Shown here: positions 8,168-8,174 of the stretch, piece after piece | Position numbering within the stretch: position 1 is the first letter of the stretch | Layout of the letters: each line of letters begins with the position of its first letter | Assembly: GCA_000004985.1 (NCBI GenBank) | Contig: GG739084.1 | DNA: 8,174 bases | Source of the DNA: Naegleria gruberi | Taxonomy: Eukaryota | Reading direction: 5' to 3' (one strand) | Notes under the pieces: model-generated | Told to the model about the DNA's origin: nothing | Seen by the model: only the letters and a program-made list of their open reading frames with translations | Databases searched by the model: none | Program-made: the position numbers and the translations under genes

Positions 8168-8174
8168 CCTATAA

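Noticed and set aside
1-8174. CRISPR arrays, tRNA or rRNA genes, and prokaryotic operon-like gene clusters
   Set aside because: The resolved sequence has no regularly spaced direct repeats with unique spacers. It has no cloverleaf-compatible 70-90 nt segment with the conserved tRNA boxes that I could recognise, and no rRNA-like GC-rich structured stretch. The gene content and signals look eukaryotic.

Overview
Only about 3.0 kb of this 8,174-nt window is real sequence (1-1111 and 6285-8174). Positions 1112-6284 are a single run of N, which I read as a scaffold gap, and 6415 is one more ambiguous base. The resolved DNA is visibly AT-rich, roughly two-thirds A+T by eye. It looks eukaryotic: a poly-Asn-encoding gene start, AATAAA-like hexamers, GTGAGT donor-like motifs, and a transposase family known from eukaryotes. 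The clearest feature is a minus-strand reading frame that is open in one frame from the gap edge (6285) to 8060. It most plausibly starts at an ATG at 7898 or 7868. It encodes the N-terminal ~540 aa of a TNP2-like DDE transposase of the CACTA/En-Spm or KDZ-type (CMC superfamily). The match rests on an ordered series of motifs: a C-x2-C...C-x-C zinc-finger-like module, FDSVCPF, LAPKKPDL, LNILMDDL, CDLPA...G-x-x-x-CHIC, and DSMHV. The 3' half of this gene, any second transposon gene and both element termini are hidden in the gap or lie outside the window. A gap right beside a transposase is the usual signature of a multi-copy TE collapsing an assembly. Upstream of the transposase ATG is a 122-bp divergent intergenic region. 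It carries a short palindrome and a tandemly repeated TTTTTGTAAAC motif with a forkhead-like GTAAAC core. It faces a short Lys/Ser-rich plus-strand ORF (8021-8167) that runs to the window edge. The left block (1-1111) holds three low-confidence plus-strand ORFs. Two of them share a frame and are separated by a 63-bp stop-containing spacer bracketed by a diverged ~25-bp direct repeat. The third is a poly-Asn gene start cut off by the gap. I see no rRNA, tRNA or CRISPR array, and nothing that points to a novel multi-gene system. Every functional call here is motif-based reasoning without a database search.
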